From contig NC_043000.1 in assembly GCF_006345805.1 (NCBI RefSeq), positions 6,510,001 to 6,574,000 on the forward strand: a stretch of 64,000 nucleotides of DNA, given 5' to 3'. Shown in pieces: positions 22,144-35,725 of the stretch. A program made the translations under genes and the position numbers. The DNA is from Octopus sinensis. Its lineage: Eukaryota. Numbering within the stretch: position 1 is the stretch's first letter; each line of letters starts with the position of its first letter. A model generated the notes under the pieces. The model made no database searches and was not told where the DNA came from. It worked only from the letters and a program-made list of their open reading frames with translations.

Positions 22144-23894
22144 GTATATGCATGTGTGTATGAGTATATATGTATACGTGCATATATGTATGTATAATTT
22201 TGTGTGTGTGTATTTATGTATTTTGTAAAGCTATGTGCTTGACAAAGTACAAAAAAAACATAATAATGTCCTATTGAATGCTACACTCAAAGGATGTTAC
22301 ATTCAACAGATCTAATATCCATTGAATATACATTTAATATGTATTTAGGGTATTTGTGTTAATTAACAACGTAATTAAAATTAAAAGGTAAAAGCCGATG
22401 ACAGAGGCAATACCAGGAAAGGAAGCGGTATCATCTTGCACACATCATCACCACTAACAACAACACTATTCGTTGGTGTGGTAGCAGTTGTGTCACACAC
22501 AGAGAGATGGATGTGTTAAAGAAGATGTGTCAGCCTATGATCAGATATTGTTTTAACATAGAGCAGATTGCTAACCTTTACGGCATACACCTCAGCAATG
22601 TCTGTTCACGGCAGACAGACAGATTTAATTTCAGAGCAGCCGATAAAATAAACAAATGGTATTTCAAGAAGACGTATCATATATCTATAAAGACTTCGAG
22701 TTCAGACAAATTCTTTTCAAATAAATAATTGACTAAACACGAACGAATTGTATTCGTTGTTTTCCTGAAGCGAAGTTCTTTTCCTTTCATTTTGTCTTCC
22801 CTTTTGCTCTTTCATTGCTGAACTGGGGGTGGTGGATGTTATTCGGAAATTTACAAAATTTACAAGAAAATTTTAAAGCATTTCAAGTACTTAGGAGAGA
22901 AAAAAAAAATAAACAAAACATATTGCAATGTTTTGAAATATTTCTTTCAAGTGCAAAATCCTTTTTTCACTTCAGGCTTTTATTTAAACATTTTGTTTGA
23001 ATCAGCTTAATGCTTTTATTCTCTCCTTCGTTTAAATGTCGCTATTGTTGTTGTTGTTATTGATGTTGTCTTCCTTTATCAAGTAGACCTATTCTTCAAA
23101 TGTATTCCAGCCCATGTTAGCCCTAATCGAACAAACCTAAGGTTGAAGACATTCCACCCGTGATTATCCCATCCTTTTGTATATCAAGAATTACAATGAT
23201 AAATATGTTCTTTCTCTCCTCAGTTACAAGTGTAGTCTCAATACAGCATGTTTTATAAACAAATAAATATACAATTATATCTATATTACTTTAGTTTTAC
23301 CATATTAGGCCCCGTGAGGGTCTTTTTAACAGCTTGTAAAAGGAATTGAGGTAACAATTAGTTTCCTTATTATTACCCAACAATAAAAGGGGCAAGCTAA
23401 CAGAACTGTTAAAGTGTTGGAAAAACGTTTTGCGATATTTGTCCTTGCTTTTTACATCTTGAGTTCAAATCCTGCCAAATCAACTTTACCTTTCAATCCT
23501 GTAGGGAACTAGTAAAGTAGTAAGGTCTTGATGTCTTCAAAAATTGCTGGCCTTGTGCCTAAATTGGGAACAATTTTTACTCAACAATTCATCAGGACCT
23601 GCTTAGTATATATACCAATACATTTTATATAAAATCAAATATTAGAGATACCTGGCCATATTCCAGAAGACCTGTACCCTGTGGCAGAAATGTTAAGGTC
23701 GATCCTGCTGATGGTGTAAAGCACTCATAGCAGAGCCACATAAAAGCACCTGTGCAGGGTCACGTAAAAACACCCAAACACACTCTGTAAAGTGGCTGGC
23801 GTTAGGAAGGGCATCCAGCTATAGAAACCATGCCAAATCAAACAGGAACCTTATGCAAGCTCCCTAGCTTGCCAACATGGACAACGGACGTTAA

Positions 23895-23944
<50 letters not shown>

Positions 23945-24459
23945 GGTGGTGGTGGTGATGATGATGATGATGAGAATGACGAGGATGATGGTGGTGGTGG
24001 TGGTGGTGGTGGTGGCGGCGGCAGCGGCGGTGGTGATGATGATGATGATAAAACTAATATATTGGATTAAAATAGATTATCTGTTCTTGTTGTTATTATG
24101 TAACACTATGTTATACATGATATAATAGGGATTTAAGACAATTTAGGCCCAAGACTTAAGATGTGTGTATTACACATGGAGTTTTATATGGGGTGTGTAT
24201 TTATGTTTGTGTCCAAATCTGTGTTCATGTTTACACTGGTCTAAAACCAGTTTTGCTGTTTATTATATGCTGTGACCCTTTATGTCTCATAACTTAGCAG
24301 TTCAACAAAAAAACTTTTACAAAATAAGTACCAAACAGAAAAATATACTGGGAGCGATATAATTGACTAAAACTCTTGAAAGCGATGTCTTAGAATGGTT
24401 GCAGTCCAATGACTGAATCCAGTAAAAGACCAAACAAGTATAAGAAAAAACGAATACCA

Positions 24460-24792
24460 GGCGCAGGAGTGGCTGTGCAGTAAGTAGCTTGCTTACCAAC
24501 TACATTGTTCCGGGTTCAGTCCCACTGCGTGGCACCTTGGGCAAGTGTCTTCTACTATAGCCTCGGGCTGACCAAAGCCTTGTGAGTGGATTTGGTAGAC
24601 GGAAACAGAAAGAAGCCCATCGTGTGTGTGTGTATATGTTTGTGTGTCTGTGTTCGGCAAAAGAGACCAATAGAATAAGTACTAGGCTTACAAAGAATAA
24701 GTCCTGGAGTCGATTTGCTCGACTAAAAGCGGTGCTCCAGCATGGCCACAGTCAAATGACTGAAACAAGTAAAAGAGTAAAAGAGTAAAAGA
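24460..24792 (+). mobile_element. SINE family A (internally deleted)
   Basis: Head ggcgcaggagtggctgtgcagtaagtagc and (GAGTAAAA) tail. Confidence 0.85.
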
Positions 24793-24816
24793 CCAGAATA
24801 AACAAATAAAAGAATA

Positions 24817-24877
24817 CTGTGGTTAATCCCTTTGACTGTGGTTAATCCCTTTGTCTGTGGTTAATCCAGTTGACTGT
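24817..24877. repeat. 19-bp minisatellite, about 3.2 units (CTGTGGTTAATCCCTTTGA)
   Basis: Visible directly in the sequence. Confidence 0.9.
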
Positions 24878-25527
24878 ATAATGCACACATGTGTGGCTTT
24901 GTGCCAACATTAAAAAAAAATCATTACCGTTCAGGGTTTTAGTATATTCTCATTCTCTCTAGATGATGTAATTCATACTAGATTTTCAGCAAATGATAAC
25001 ATAAAAGTGAGAGGCAGGCAGTTATATTTTTGAGAACTGTTAACAGTTACTTACACCTGCTGGATTAAAAAGTACTTCTTAACCCATTCAAAGCACCAAC
25101 TATCTGAACCGTGTATATATATATGATTGTGTGCATTTGCTGTATATATATGCAACTGAAGGAAACTGAATTCTGTCTAATCCATTTGATACACAATCTT
25201 AATCTGTAACAAGCTGTAAACACTAAGTGTAAATTAATTGAGAAAATGCCTGATCATCAAAAGCATTAAATGAGGAATAATGAAGAAATGATTGCATCCG
25301 TTAATGAATAGGTAAAGCAGACTGGATGACAAAGAAAACATGAAATGAATGAAGGAGACTGTAGTCATGCTGGAGCAGCACCTTAGTACTTATTTCTTAA
25401 GCCTGGTACATATTTTCTCGGGTTTCCTTTTGCTGAACTGCTAAGTTATAAGGACAGAGACAGAGACAAACCAATAATAGTTGTCAAGCAGTGGTGGGTG
25501 TCAAAGATGAAGACACAGACACATAAT

Positions 25528-25596
<69 letters not shown>

Positions 25597-25799
25597 CAGG
25601 CATACATACAGGCATACATACATACCTGTGTGTGTGTGTGTGTGTTTGTGTATGTGTGTGTCAGATCACTTGTGAAGTCTCTTATGAATGCTACAGGTAA
25701 TATGGAATCCAGTACAACCTATTGCATGGTCAGATTGTCAGTAGCTGAACCAACATCCCACTCCATGATTGCCTGGTGAGGAGGGTAGCCAGAAACCCA

Positions 25800-26390
25800 A
25801 CAGGACTAAAACAAAACCTGTCCAAAGAACTGCTGAACTTAATGTAGGTTCAATGACTATCAAGCAATAGCATGGGCCCTCAGAAATTCTAGGTTGGTGT
25901 CTGGTGTGCTGAAAGACCACTGGGAGTGAAGCAACCCTTTCGTTTTTGCTAAAGCATGCCTCTTGGTGAAGGTTACTCTGATATAAAACCAGATATGCAG
26001 GGAATGGCATTAAACATATTGGAGATCTTTTGGTTGAGTTTGAGGTCATGGCACTCCTATATTCCAGAGCTGTGACCTGTATTGGAACTGGATATCTTGC
26101 CCTAGCTTGCCTTAGGATCATGTCAAGAGGGTGCAGAGGGTCTAGAGATATTGTGCAAGTGTTACTGGACTTAAAATATTATGTTTTGCAATCAGCAGCA
26201 AGGCAACCATCTGATGCCCAGTTGAGTAAGGGGGCTCCACAGCAAGCATGGAAGCTTCAGCTGCAAACCCAGGTGGAGCCAACTGATGGTGCAATAAGCT
26301 CACACATGAGCATTGCAGGCATTTTGCATGGGCAACAGTCAGTGATGGTCTTCCTTGGTCTTGAGTGGACAATCATCATCATCATATATG

Positions 26391-26424
<34 letters not shown>

Positions 26425-27390
26425 TGTATGTATGTATGCATGTATGTATGTATGTATGCATGTATGTACGTACGTATGTATGTATGTATGTATGTATGTG
26501 TGTATGTATGTATGTGTGTATGTATGTATGTACACAAATATTTGTCATCAAAATGACGTGCAGAATTTTTACATTGTTGTCAAAACTGTCGACAGCTCAG
26601 TAAATCTCTGTCACTAATCTGTGAACAGTAGATGGTTTAACACTTCTGAAGGATCAGAACAGCATCCAGCTGAGGTTTGATGGACATTTTAATAACCTGT
26701 TTAACTGAAACTCTGGTGCATACCTCACCATCTGCTTGAATTTCTTCCCCTCTATGATTCCATCTACCACTTATCTTCCAGGTAGTTCTATCAGTTATTT
26801 GCTTTCCTAAGAACAACAAATCCCCCGGTACTGACCATATTCCTGCTGAGTTACGGAAAGAAGGAGGATACATATGTAGGCAAACCCTGTACCGATATAT
26901 CACCAAGGCCTGAACTGACAAGAGCATCTCACAGCAACAGAGAGATGCCACCATCATTATCATTTATGGCAAGAGTAATGAGGCCATTTTCAGTAATAGT
27001 AGGGGCACATCACTCCTTTCAGTTGTGTGTAAGGTCCTGGCTGAGGTGTTGCTTCAGAGATTCAGTTTTACTTGAAATGCAATGTGAATTTAAGAAGATT
27101 AAAAGCAAAACCAATATGACTTTCACAGCACAGCAGCTTCAGGAAGAGTTCTAGGAGCAACATCAAAGCCTGTTCATGACCTTTGTCAACTTACCCAAAG
27201 TATTCAACACATTGCAAAGATGGATCTTATGTAATTTTTTTCTCAGATTTGACTGTCGTAATATATTCATTAGCATTATCTTCCAGTTCTATAATGGGTT
27301 GACTGTTCAAGTGACTTTGAGAGAACTAGAGTCTGAGCCCTTCCTTGTGTAAGCAGTGTGAGACAAAAGTGCGTTTACTTGCACCAGCAC
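25800..27390 (+). mobile_element. Heavily decayed RTE-clade LINE (endonuclease-side remnant, (ATGT)n insertion, RT remnant 26795-27390)
   Basis: Translates as KNNKSPGTDHIPAEL, NSRGTSLLSVVCKVLAEVLLQR, FTAQQLQEEF*EQHQSLFMTFVNLPKVFN and ESEPFLV. The 5' part (25800-26340) is a weaker call. Confidence 0.75.
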
Positions 27391-28021
27391 CAGTACATCT
27401 CAAGCAAAAATGACATCTTTTCATTATTGCTTGAGCTTATTAACTGAGTTTTTTTTTCAGTTATTGGCTCTGGAGCTGACCTGGGGTAGAGAGAGCATAT
27501 CATTCAAGAGGTCATGTGTGACTTTGGCAAATACAAGTGATAGATTGATTAACTGTATGATTAATCAAACAATCAATTAGATATTTACTTAAATAGCTAA
27601 CCAAATGACATATAGCAAAGAAGTGAAAATGAACCAGTGCATGTGTTTATTATTGGCAATATGATCCTCCCAAGATACACCAAAATATTTCATTATAGAC
27701 TATTAATTTTTAACTGACATTGTTTTCATTATTAACTGACATCTTTCATTTATATACAAGAATATTTAATTACTAACTGGCATGCTTTTGAATGTTAATT
27801 AGCATGATCTTTTCATCACTATTAATATTGACGGTCATATGTTTTAATTATTAACTGACTTTGTTTTAATTATTGTATCTTTGTTAATACTCTAACCGTT
27901 TTATTCCACAGCTAAAGTGCAGGAACAGATGTACTATTAGAAACACATCTAATACATGTTAACATGGAAAACTGGCTGTTGAATATAACACTGCTTTAAC
28001 TACTGCTGCTGCTGCTGCTAC

Positions 28022-28097
<76 letters not shown>

Positions 28098-28539
28098 ATG
28101 ATGAGGTTGTGGGGTGGTGGTGGTGGTGGGGAAGAATGATGATGATGATGATGATGATGGTGCGGTGGTGATGGTGATGGTGATGATGATGATGATGGTG
28201 GGGGTGTGATGGTGGTGGTGGTAGTGATAATGATAAGGACGAGGAGAGGAAGAGGAGGAGGAAGAAGGAGAAGAGAAGGAGGAAGCCGTTCAGTATGCTG
28301 TGTTTATAAATAACACTCCTGTCAAAAACAAACAAAAAAAAACAACAAGCAAAAACATGTGAAAAAGATATAAATATCATGAGTTTATTATTAGTACGCA
28401 TCTTGAATACGTACACACACACACACACACCACATAGTTATGTAAATGCTATATATATATTGTGTGTGTGTGTTGTATAGTGTGTGTATGTATGTACATG
28501 TGAGCGTATGTGTATGTATGTATATTGTATATATATATA

Positions 28540-28587
<48 letters not shown>

Positions 28588-28628
28588 TGCACTGTTGCTA
28601 TTAACTTTATCTTTTCTGTTTTCATCAG

Positions 28629-28671
28629 CATTACGTTTCAGCTGGTATATTGTCTGGGCATCTTCAGGTGG
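28629..28671 (-). ncRNA. Degenerate minimal hammerhead motif (Penelope-like end)
   Basis: Minus strand reads ccac CTGAAGA TGC ccagacaatatacca GCT GAAACGTA atg. Core and palindromic ACGU helix III with a GUA site are present; helices I and II are decayed. Confidence 0.4.
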
Positions 28672-28819
28672 GTTATCATTACAGCATATCTTAAATATCA
28701 TAGCATGCCATGTCATACCATTTATGTTACTTTATGTCATAGATGGTGTTTCCTCATTGTTGAGGATGTTTCCAAAGTTTCTCATTCCATAGTGATGAGG
28801 TGGGCGGGAGAATGCAAAT

Positions 28820-29040
28820 GCACGTGGCTTAGTGGTTAAGGTATTTAGATCATGATTGTAAGGTTGTAAGTTCAATACCTGGTGGCACCTTGTGTCCTTG
28901 AGCAAGACACTTTATTCCATGTTGCTCCAGTCTACTCAACTGCTAAAAATGAGAAGTACTTATATTTTAAAGCGTCAGCCTTGTCACATTATGAGTTATG
29001 CTGAATCTCCTTGAGACCTAAATCAAGGTTATTTATTTCC
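28820..29040 (+). mobile_element. tRNA-derived SINE family C, truncated
   Basis: A box gtggcttagtggtt, B box gttcaatacc, body ccttgagcaagacacttt. Confidence 0.7.
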
Positions 29041-29721
29041 TTATTGCTCACAAGGGGCTAAACATAGAGGGGACAAACAAGGACAGACAAAGGGATTAAG
29101 TCAATTACATCGACCCAGTATGTAACTGGTACTTAATTTATCGACCTCGGCGGAATTTGAACTCAGAATGTAATGGCAGACGAAATACCTATTTCTTTTA
29201 GTATATCATTACTATATATCTAATATACTGATCTGCCAACCCTTGTTTGAAAATTTTCAAAGCCCCTGTATCCATGGCACAATTGTATTGAAATAATGAA
29301 GTAGAGAGGGAATATTTGATTGCAGGGCAATGTTGTAGGCTTGTCTTTTGCAGTCTGTCTTGACATCTTCTCTATGTACCTGAGAGTCAAAGACATTACA
29401 GTAAGTGGCAATTGAATGAATCCCAAGGAGAATTTGAACTCAGCACCTGAAGAGCTGAAGCCAACTCTTCTGTGCTTGCACAGGTCAGACAGAACTTGTT
29501 GAGACAGGTTTTCTATGGCTAGATGCCCTTCTTATTGCAAACTCTCATCTTTTCCAAGCAAGGTAATATTTCCTCTAAACCAGACGGACCTTTTACAGAA
29601 CACTGGAAATGTACAACCTTGCTTCAATGTCAGAGATACTTATTCATAATCGTGGTGTCAAGACAAGAATGCTCACAAACACACACACACAACATAGAAA
29701 CATTCATATGTAAAGATATAT

Positions 29722-30132
29722 ATATAAGCACAGGTGTGGCTGTGAGGCAAGAAGTTAGCTTCCCAACCACACGATTCTGGGTTCAATTCCATTATGTGGG
29801 ACTTTGAGCAAGTGTCTTTTAATTTAGCTTTGGGCCAACCAAAGTCTTGTAAGTGGATCGGGTAAACAGAAACTGAAAGAAGCCCATCATATATGTGAGC
29901 CTGTGTTTGTGTGTATGTCTTTTTGTCCATGTTTGTCCACCACCACTGCTTGACAACCAGTGTTGGTGTGTTTACATCCCCATAACATAGCAGTTCAGCA
30001 AAAGAGACTAATAGAATAAGTATTAGGCTTAAAACAGAAATAAGTACTGGGGTCAATTCCTTTGACTAAAAATTCTTCAAGGCGGTGCCCCAGCATGGCC
30101 ACAGCCTAATGACTGAAACAAGTAAAAGATAA
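29722..30132 (+). mobile_element. SINE family A, full composite
   Basis: Head, internal microsatellite and gactgaaacaagtaaaaga tail are all present. Confidence 0.8.
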
Positions 30133-30822
30133 AATATATGTGTGTGTGTATATGGGGACACAGACACACACACACATCCATATATATGAGAGTATAACAA
30201 TGTCATTGGGGTATGTAACCCTGGTGTTTATCATCCACAGACAAAGCTATGTGCTGGGGATCATTCCTTCTACCAAACAAAAATGTGAAAATTCAAAAGT
30301 ATCCATGGATTTTTAAATGACAAATAAGAAGTATGGAATGATTTATAATTATTTCCTCTTACCTCAAAGCAATCAATCTTGAAATATTAGGTAATAATAC
30401 AAGTAACTATTGATCCCTTCACCTGTACCATTCAGGTTAAGCTTAATAACTCATGCTGAATAAGATACTACAGAACAGAATAAGATTCTTCAGAATTGTG
30501 TATTTTAATTTATATGCAATTCTTCAGAATCTTATTCATCATGGGTTACTAAAGTTGACTTGAATGGCACAAAGAAAGTAATCAATAGTAGCATGTATTA
30601 TTATATAATGTTGTAACATTGATTTTATTGACCTAAGATGAAACAATTGTAACTTGAAGTAGTAATATAACTTGCTTACTCCATTCTTACATATACATAT
30701 ACCTATATATATATAAAATAATTATTAGCAACAACAGTAATATTAATACCAAAAGGTGATATTTATACCCTTACTTAAAATTGGACGTTGTGTTAGAACA
30801 CAAAATACTGCATTATTTACCA

Positions 30823-30922
30823 NNNNNNNNNNNNNNNNNNNNNNNNNNNNNNNNNNNNNNNNNNNNNNNNNNNNNNNNNNNNNNNNNNNNNNNNNNNNNN
30901 NNNNNNNNNNNNNNNNNNNNNN
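30823..30922. other. Scaffold gap (100 N)
   Basis: Run of n bases. Confidence 1.
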
Positions 30923-31693
30923 TGCCCAAAGTACCACGCAGTAGGACTGAACCCGGAACCATGTGGTTGGTAAGCAAGCTACTTACCACACAGCCATGCC
31001 TGCACCAGTATGTAAAATATATTCTAACCAGTGATCAGATTTATGTAGGGACCAACATGAGCCATGGTCCTGGGGCTCCCAAGATTGGTGGGGAGAAACC
31101 TTAAGCTCGAAGATAAAAATTTAAAAATATATTTACAGCAATCAAATGAATAATTTGTAATCTTTTCCAACTTGTTTACATTTTCCTTAATCCAGTAGAA
31201 TTTGTTTAAAGTTATTGGACCCAATTTTGATTTAATGGGCCCTTTCAGATTTAAAAAGCCATTAAATTTAACTGAGGCTCTCTGAATTTACCAAGGCCTT
31301 TTAAATTTGGGTGCTTCTTCAAACTGTTAGGGGCCCTAGATCTAATGGACCCTCTTTATTATTTTATTATGTTTTGAATTAGCAAAATCATAGGTGTGGG
31401 GTAAATACCTATTGGCCCACTTGGCCAAAAACAGCCCTGGATATTATATACATGTGGGCATATGCAAATGTAAAAAACGAGAAGTGAACCATTTCAAGAG
31501 GAAATAGTCACTGGTCTAGAATCCTACATGTGTTAATTTATACAAGACAAACAAGGTTTATTTCCTTAAAACACAGTTTCATTTAGTTAGTTAACAGTAC
31601 GCATCACTGGGTTTGAATGCAGTAAATTGCATCAACAGCAGTTTGGGAGTGTAATTGACATAAATTAACACACACATATATGCATGTGTGTGC

Positions 31694-31744
<51 letters not shown>

Positions 31745-31949
31745 TAGATAGATAGATAGATAGATAGATATAGATATATATAGAGAGAGAGAGAGAGTGG
31801 GGAGAAGCACACTGACAGACAGCAATCTGTATATCTTACTTGATGTGAGTATACTGAAAGAAAGCCACAATACTGTAGTATTCAACTCAAGAAAACATCC
31901 CCTATAGATGTTATATGCAATGCATGTATGTTGTGTGTATGTGCATCAA

Positions 31950-31996
<47 letters not shown>

Positions 31997-33039
31997 TCAT
32001 AGTGAGAGATAGAGAGATGATGGTGATGGTGGTGGTAGTGTTGGTGGTTTAGGTGGCCTGAGGCTATAGCTGGTGACATTTACCCAAGATGCCAAGCAGT
32101 AAGTAGGACTGCACATCAGAAATCATGTGATTGCAAAGTGAACTTCTTAATCACATAAGCACTGTTGCATAATCGTTAGAAACAAGAATCACCATCTTTG
32201 GAATGGTGTCCCTGAATTCCTGTTTTCCATGAAAATATATCCAGTCATGTGAAAAATATTATCTCACTTGGAAACAAATGAGGGTTGGGAACAGGAGATG
32301 CATCCAGCTGTAAGAAAATCTGCCTCGAAGACTGGATGGTAAACTGATGCCATTGTCATATCATCATTTGACATCCATCTTTCGTGCTGACATGGATTGG
32401 ATGGTTTGACAAGATCCAACAAGCTGGAGGGTTGCAGCAAGCCCCAATGTCTGTTTTGGCATGGTTCCTACTACTGGATACCATTCTTAATACCATCTTT
32501 ATAGAGAGTAGTGTGTGTTTTATCATATCACCAGCACAGGAATGGTCACCATGAAACTTGCAAAATAAAGAAAAGACCCCTTGGCAGATGGGGTTGCTGA
32601 CTTTATGCTAGGTGATTAGAGGCTAAAATATGATAGAGGGCTCCACACAGGTTTCTAGATATAGAAGTTACCACACAATATATAAGGATAGGTATGAGTA
32701 ACTGCCACACCCATGCCTATCATGTTAATTTAATTTAGTCAACTAAAACTAGTACTGGTAATAACTAATAGTTATCCTGTGCAATAGTTATGCTGTTTGT
32801 CAAGTTGCCATCATGGAACAAACTTCAAAATAAACAATGTTAATGGATAGCAGCACAGGTCTCAGTTGGATCTCTTCTCTTCTATTTAGAACATCACTGG
32901 ATAGATCAATATTAGCAACTTTTCAGTGATACACAAATTACATTTGCTGTTGCACCGGTTATGTTCTATTATGATCTATTAGATTTGAATTTCTCATGCT
33001 TTCAGTTCTACCCAAACATATATATATACACATACACAT

Positions 33040-33076
33040 GACCATATGTATCTATCTATCTATCTATCTGTCTGTC

Positions 33077-33155
<79 letters not shown>

Positions 33156-33463
33156 CATCCATCCATTCATCCATCCATCCATCCATTCATCCATCCATCC
33201 ATCCATCCATCCATCCATCCATCCATCTATCTATCTATCTATCTATCTATTGATCGATCGATCAATCAATCTGTCTGTCTGTCTGTCTTACTTTCAACAC
33301 ATCTAATTTTCTACATATATATTTATGTTTTTATCTACATACTAAATTGTTCATGTATACTTACAGCTCATTCTCTCTCTCTCTCTTTCTATTTCTCGGT
33401 CTCTCTCTCTCTCTATCTATCTTTCTATATGTGTGTGTGTGTGTATATATAATTATATATATA

Positions 33464-33502
<39 letters not shown>

Positions 33503-33539
33503 ATATATATATATATATATATATGTATGTAATATATAT

Positions 33540-33578
<39 letters not shown>

Positions 33579-33602
33579 CTATATATATATATATATGTAT
33601 GT

Positions 33603-33652
<50 letters not shown>

Positions 33653-33693
33653 AGATATTATATATGTATATATATATATATATATAGTATATA

Positions 33694-33738
<45 letters not shown>

Positions 33739-34890
33739 ATACCACACATACATACATGTGTCTCTTTCTACATAGCCCACTATCTACATACCTCTCTATC
33801 TACATACCAGCTGTGCTGTATATCTATCTGTCTATCTATCCATATATCTAACCCATCCATTGATCTTCCACCTTCTCTATTTACCTACCTACCTACCTAC
33901 CTACATACATACATACATACATACATACATACATACAGACAGACAGACATACCTACCAATATGTATGTATTCATTTATATCTACCAATCTGCCTACCTAC
34001 CTACCAATATACCCACCTATCTGCATAAGAATATCTCTGTCCATTGCACCATTTTAGAAACTACGAAAACTTTCTTACAAACTCTACAGAAGATATTAAG
34101 TTTAAAGAGTAAACTGCACTTTATTCTCCCCTCCCCCCTCTCTCTCCCCCCACCTCTCTATCCTCATCCCCATTTTTCTGTCTCAGCTTCATTTGTTTTT
34201 CTCTCTCTTTCTCTCTCTCTTTGAATCTCCCTTCTTCTTTGTATCTGTTAGTTTGTACAGTCAGGTTTGAATCTGTGTGCGTGTGTGTGTTTGTGTGTGT
34301 TTGTGCTGCCTGTGTGTGTGTGTGTAGGTGTTCAGTTACATCTAAGCATACGTATATGTGGATGCGTGAATGCTTCTTGTATGTATGTGTGCGTGTGCTT
34401 CTGAATCATCCAGCATTAACATACAAGGATATAGTGACATACATACATTCACACATATACATATACATACACACATACATACATACATACGTACATACAT
34501 ATGCATTCACACACATACACACACCCACATATATATACCTATATATACATATATGTGTGTATGTGTATGTATATATGTATATATAAATATATATATACAC
34601 ACACATTTATACATACACATACATAATATATATATATGCTTATCTATATCTATAGAGATATACATATATGTATATACGTGTATGACTGTATGTATATATA
34701 TATACGCACACACACATATATACATATATACACACATAAACCCACACACACACATATATACATATATACACACATAAACCCACACACACACATATATACA
34801 TATATACACACATAAACCCACACACACACACATATACATATATACACACATAATCACACACACACACACAGGCATTCACCCACACAGTCA
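33040..34890. repeat. Compound microsatellite field: (TCTA)n, (TCCA)n, (TA)n, (TACA)n, (CA)n and ~30-bp higher-order CA/TA units
   Basis: Visible directly; source of the YIYI/CVCV artefact ORFs. Confidence 0.95.
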
Positions 34891-35326
34891 CACAGACAGG
34901 CAGACAGTCAAGAAAACCAAAATAGATGCAAGTGAAGTTATGTTTAGATGATACAGCTGATATAAAGACATAATCCACAATATAGTTAGAAGCTCAGAAC
35001 AGCTGCCAAATCCACCACGACCACCCCTTTTATTTTTCGTCTTTTTCTTATTTTCTGCCTTGTTCTCTTCGTTTCCCTTTTTCTCTATTTTTTAAAATAT
35101 TTTCTTTTTCTCTTCTTTATTTTTCCACTCAACTACTTCCTTCTTTCTTTCTTTCTTTTTTTTATTTTTTTTGATTTTTCTGTTCATTCCTTCTTTTTCT
35201 TTTTGATGTTTTTTGTTTGTTATTTTGCAGTTGACAATTAGCAAATGGTTCGAATGGTTCGCTTAAAACAGACCAGGTGCTAAAATTATAACTGAGAAGA
35301 AGCTAGAAATTTGAGAACAATAATGA

Positions 35327-35380
<54 letters not shown>

Positions 35381-35507
35381 TATTATAATTGTTATATTTC
35401 GGAATGGTCATATTGCCAGTTTAGCCAATAAAAACACACGCACTATATATTTGGTGTTACTTTGCTTCAGTGTTATTTATTTTTTACATTAATCTTAATC
35501 TTATTTC

Positions 35508-35552
35508 GGCCAGAGTTCTTTCGTCACACTCCTGTGACCGCATCAGTGGTCC
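35508..35552 (-). ncRNA. Degenerate minimal hammerhead motif, same helix II family as 4147-4175
   Basis: Minus strand reads ggacca CTGATG CG GTCACA ggag TGTGAC GAAA G aa C TC tggcc, with a 6-bp helix II, A9 replaced and a minimal helix III. Confidence 0.5.
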
Positions 35553-35725
35553 TTTGTTTTCTTCTCACTTATTTGTGTCTCTCACTAACCGTCAGCCATT
35601 TTGTATTTCTATTGTATGTCTTCATTTGCACATGCTTATATCTCTATGTGCGTCTATGTTTATTTAGTGTGTGTGTGGGGGGGATGCCTGTAATATTTGT
35701 AATGAATTATTATAATAATAATAAT

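Noticed and set aside
28629-28667. Plus-strand 39-bp exon (HYVSAGILSGHLQ) with a good acceptor
   Set aside because: The same bases are better explained as a minus-strand Penelope-type hammerhead, and no other plus-strand exons are supported; kept only as an alternative.
35231-35276. Plus-strand exon after a ~200-bp pyrimidine tract
   Set aside because: Weak donor (gtgcta), and the tract is low-complexity sequence.
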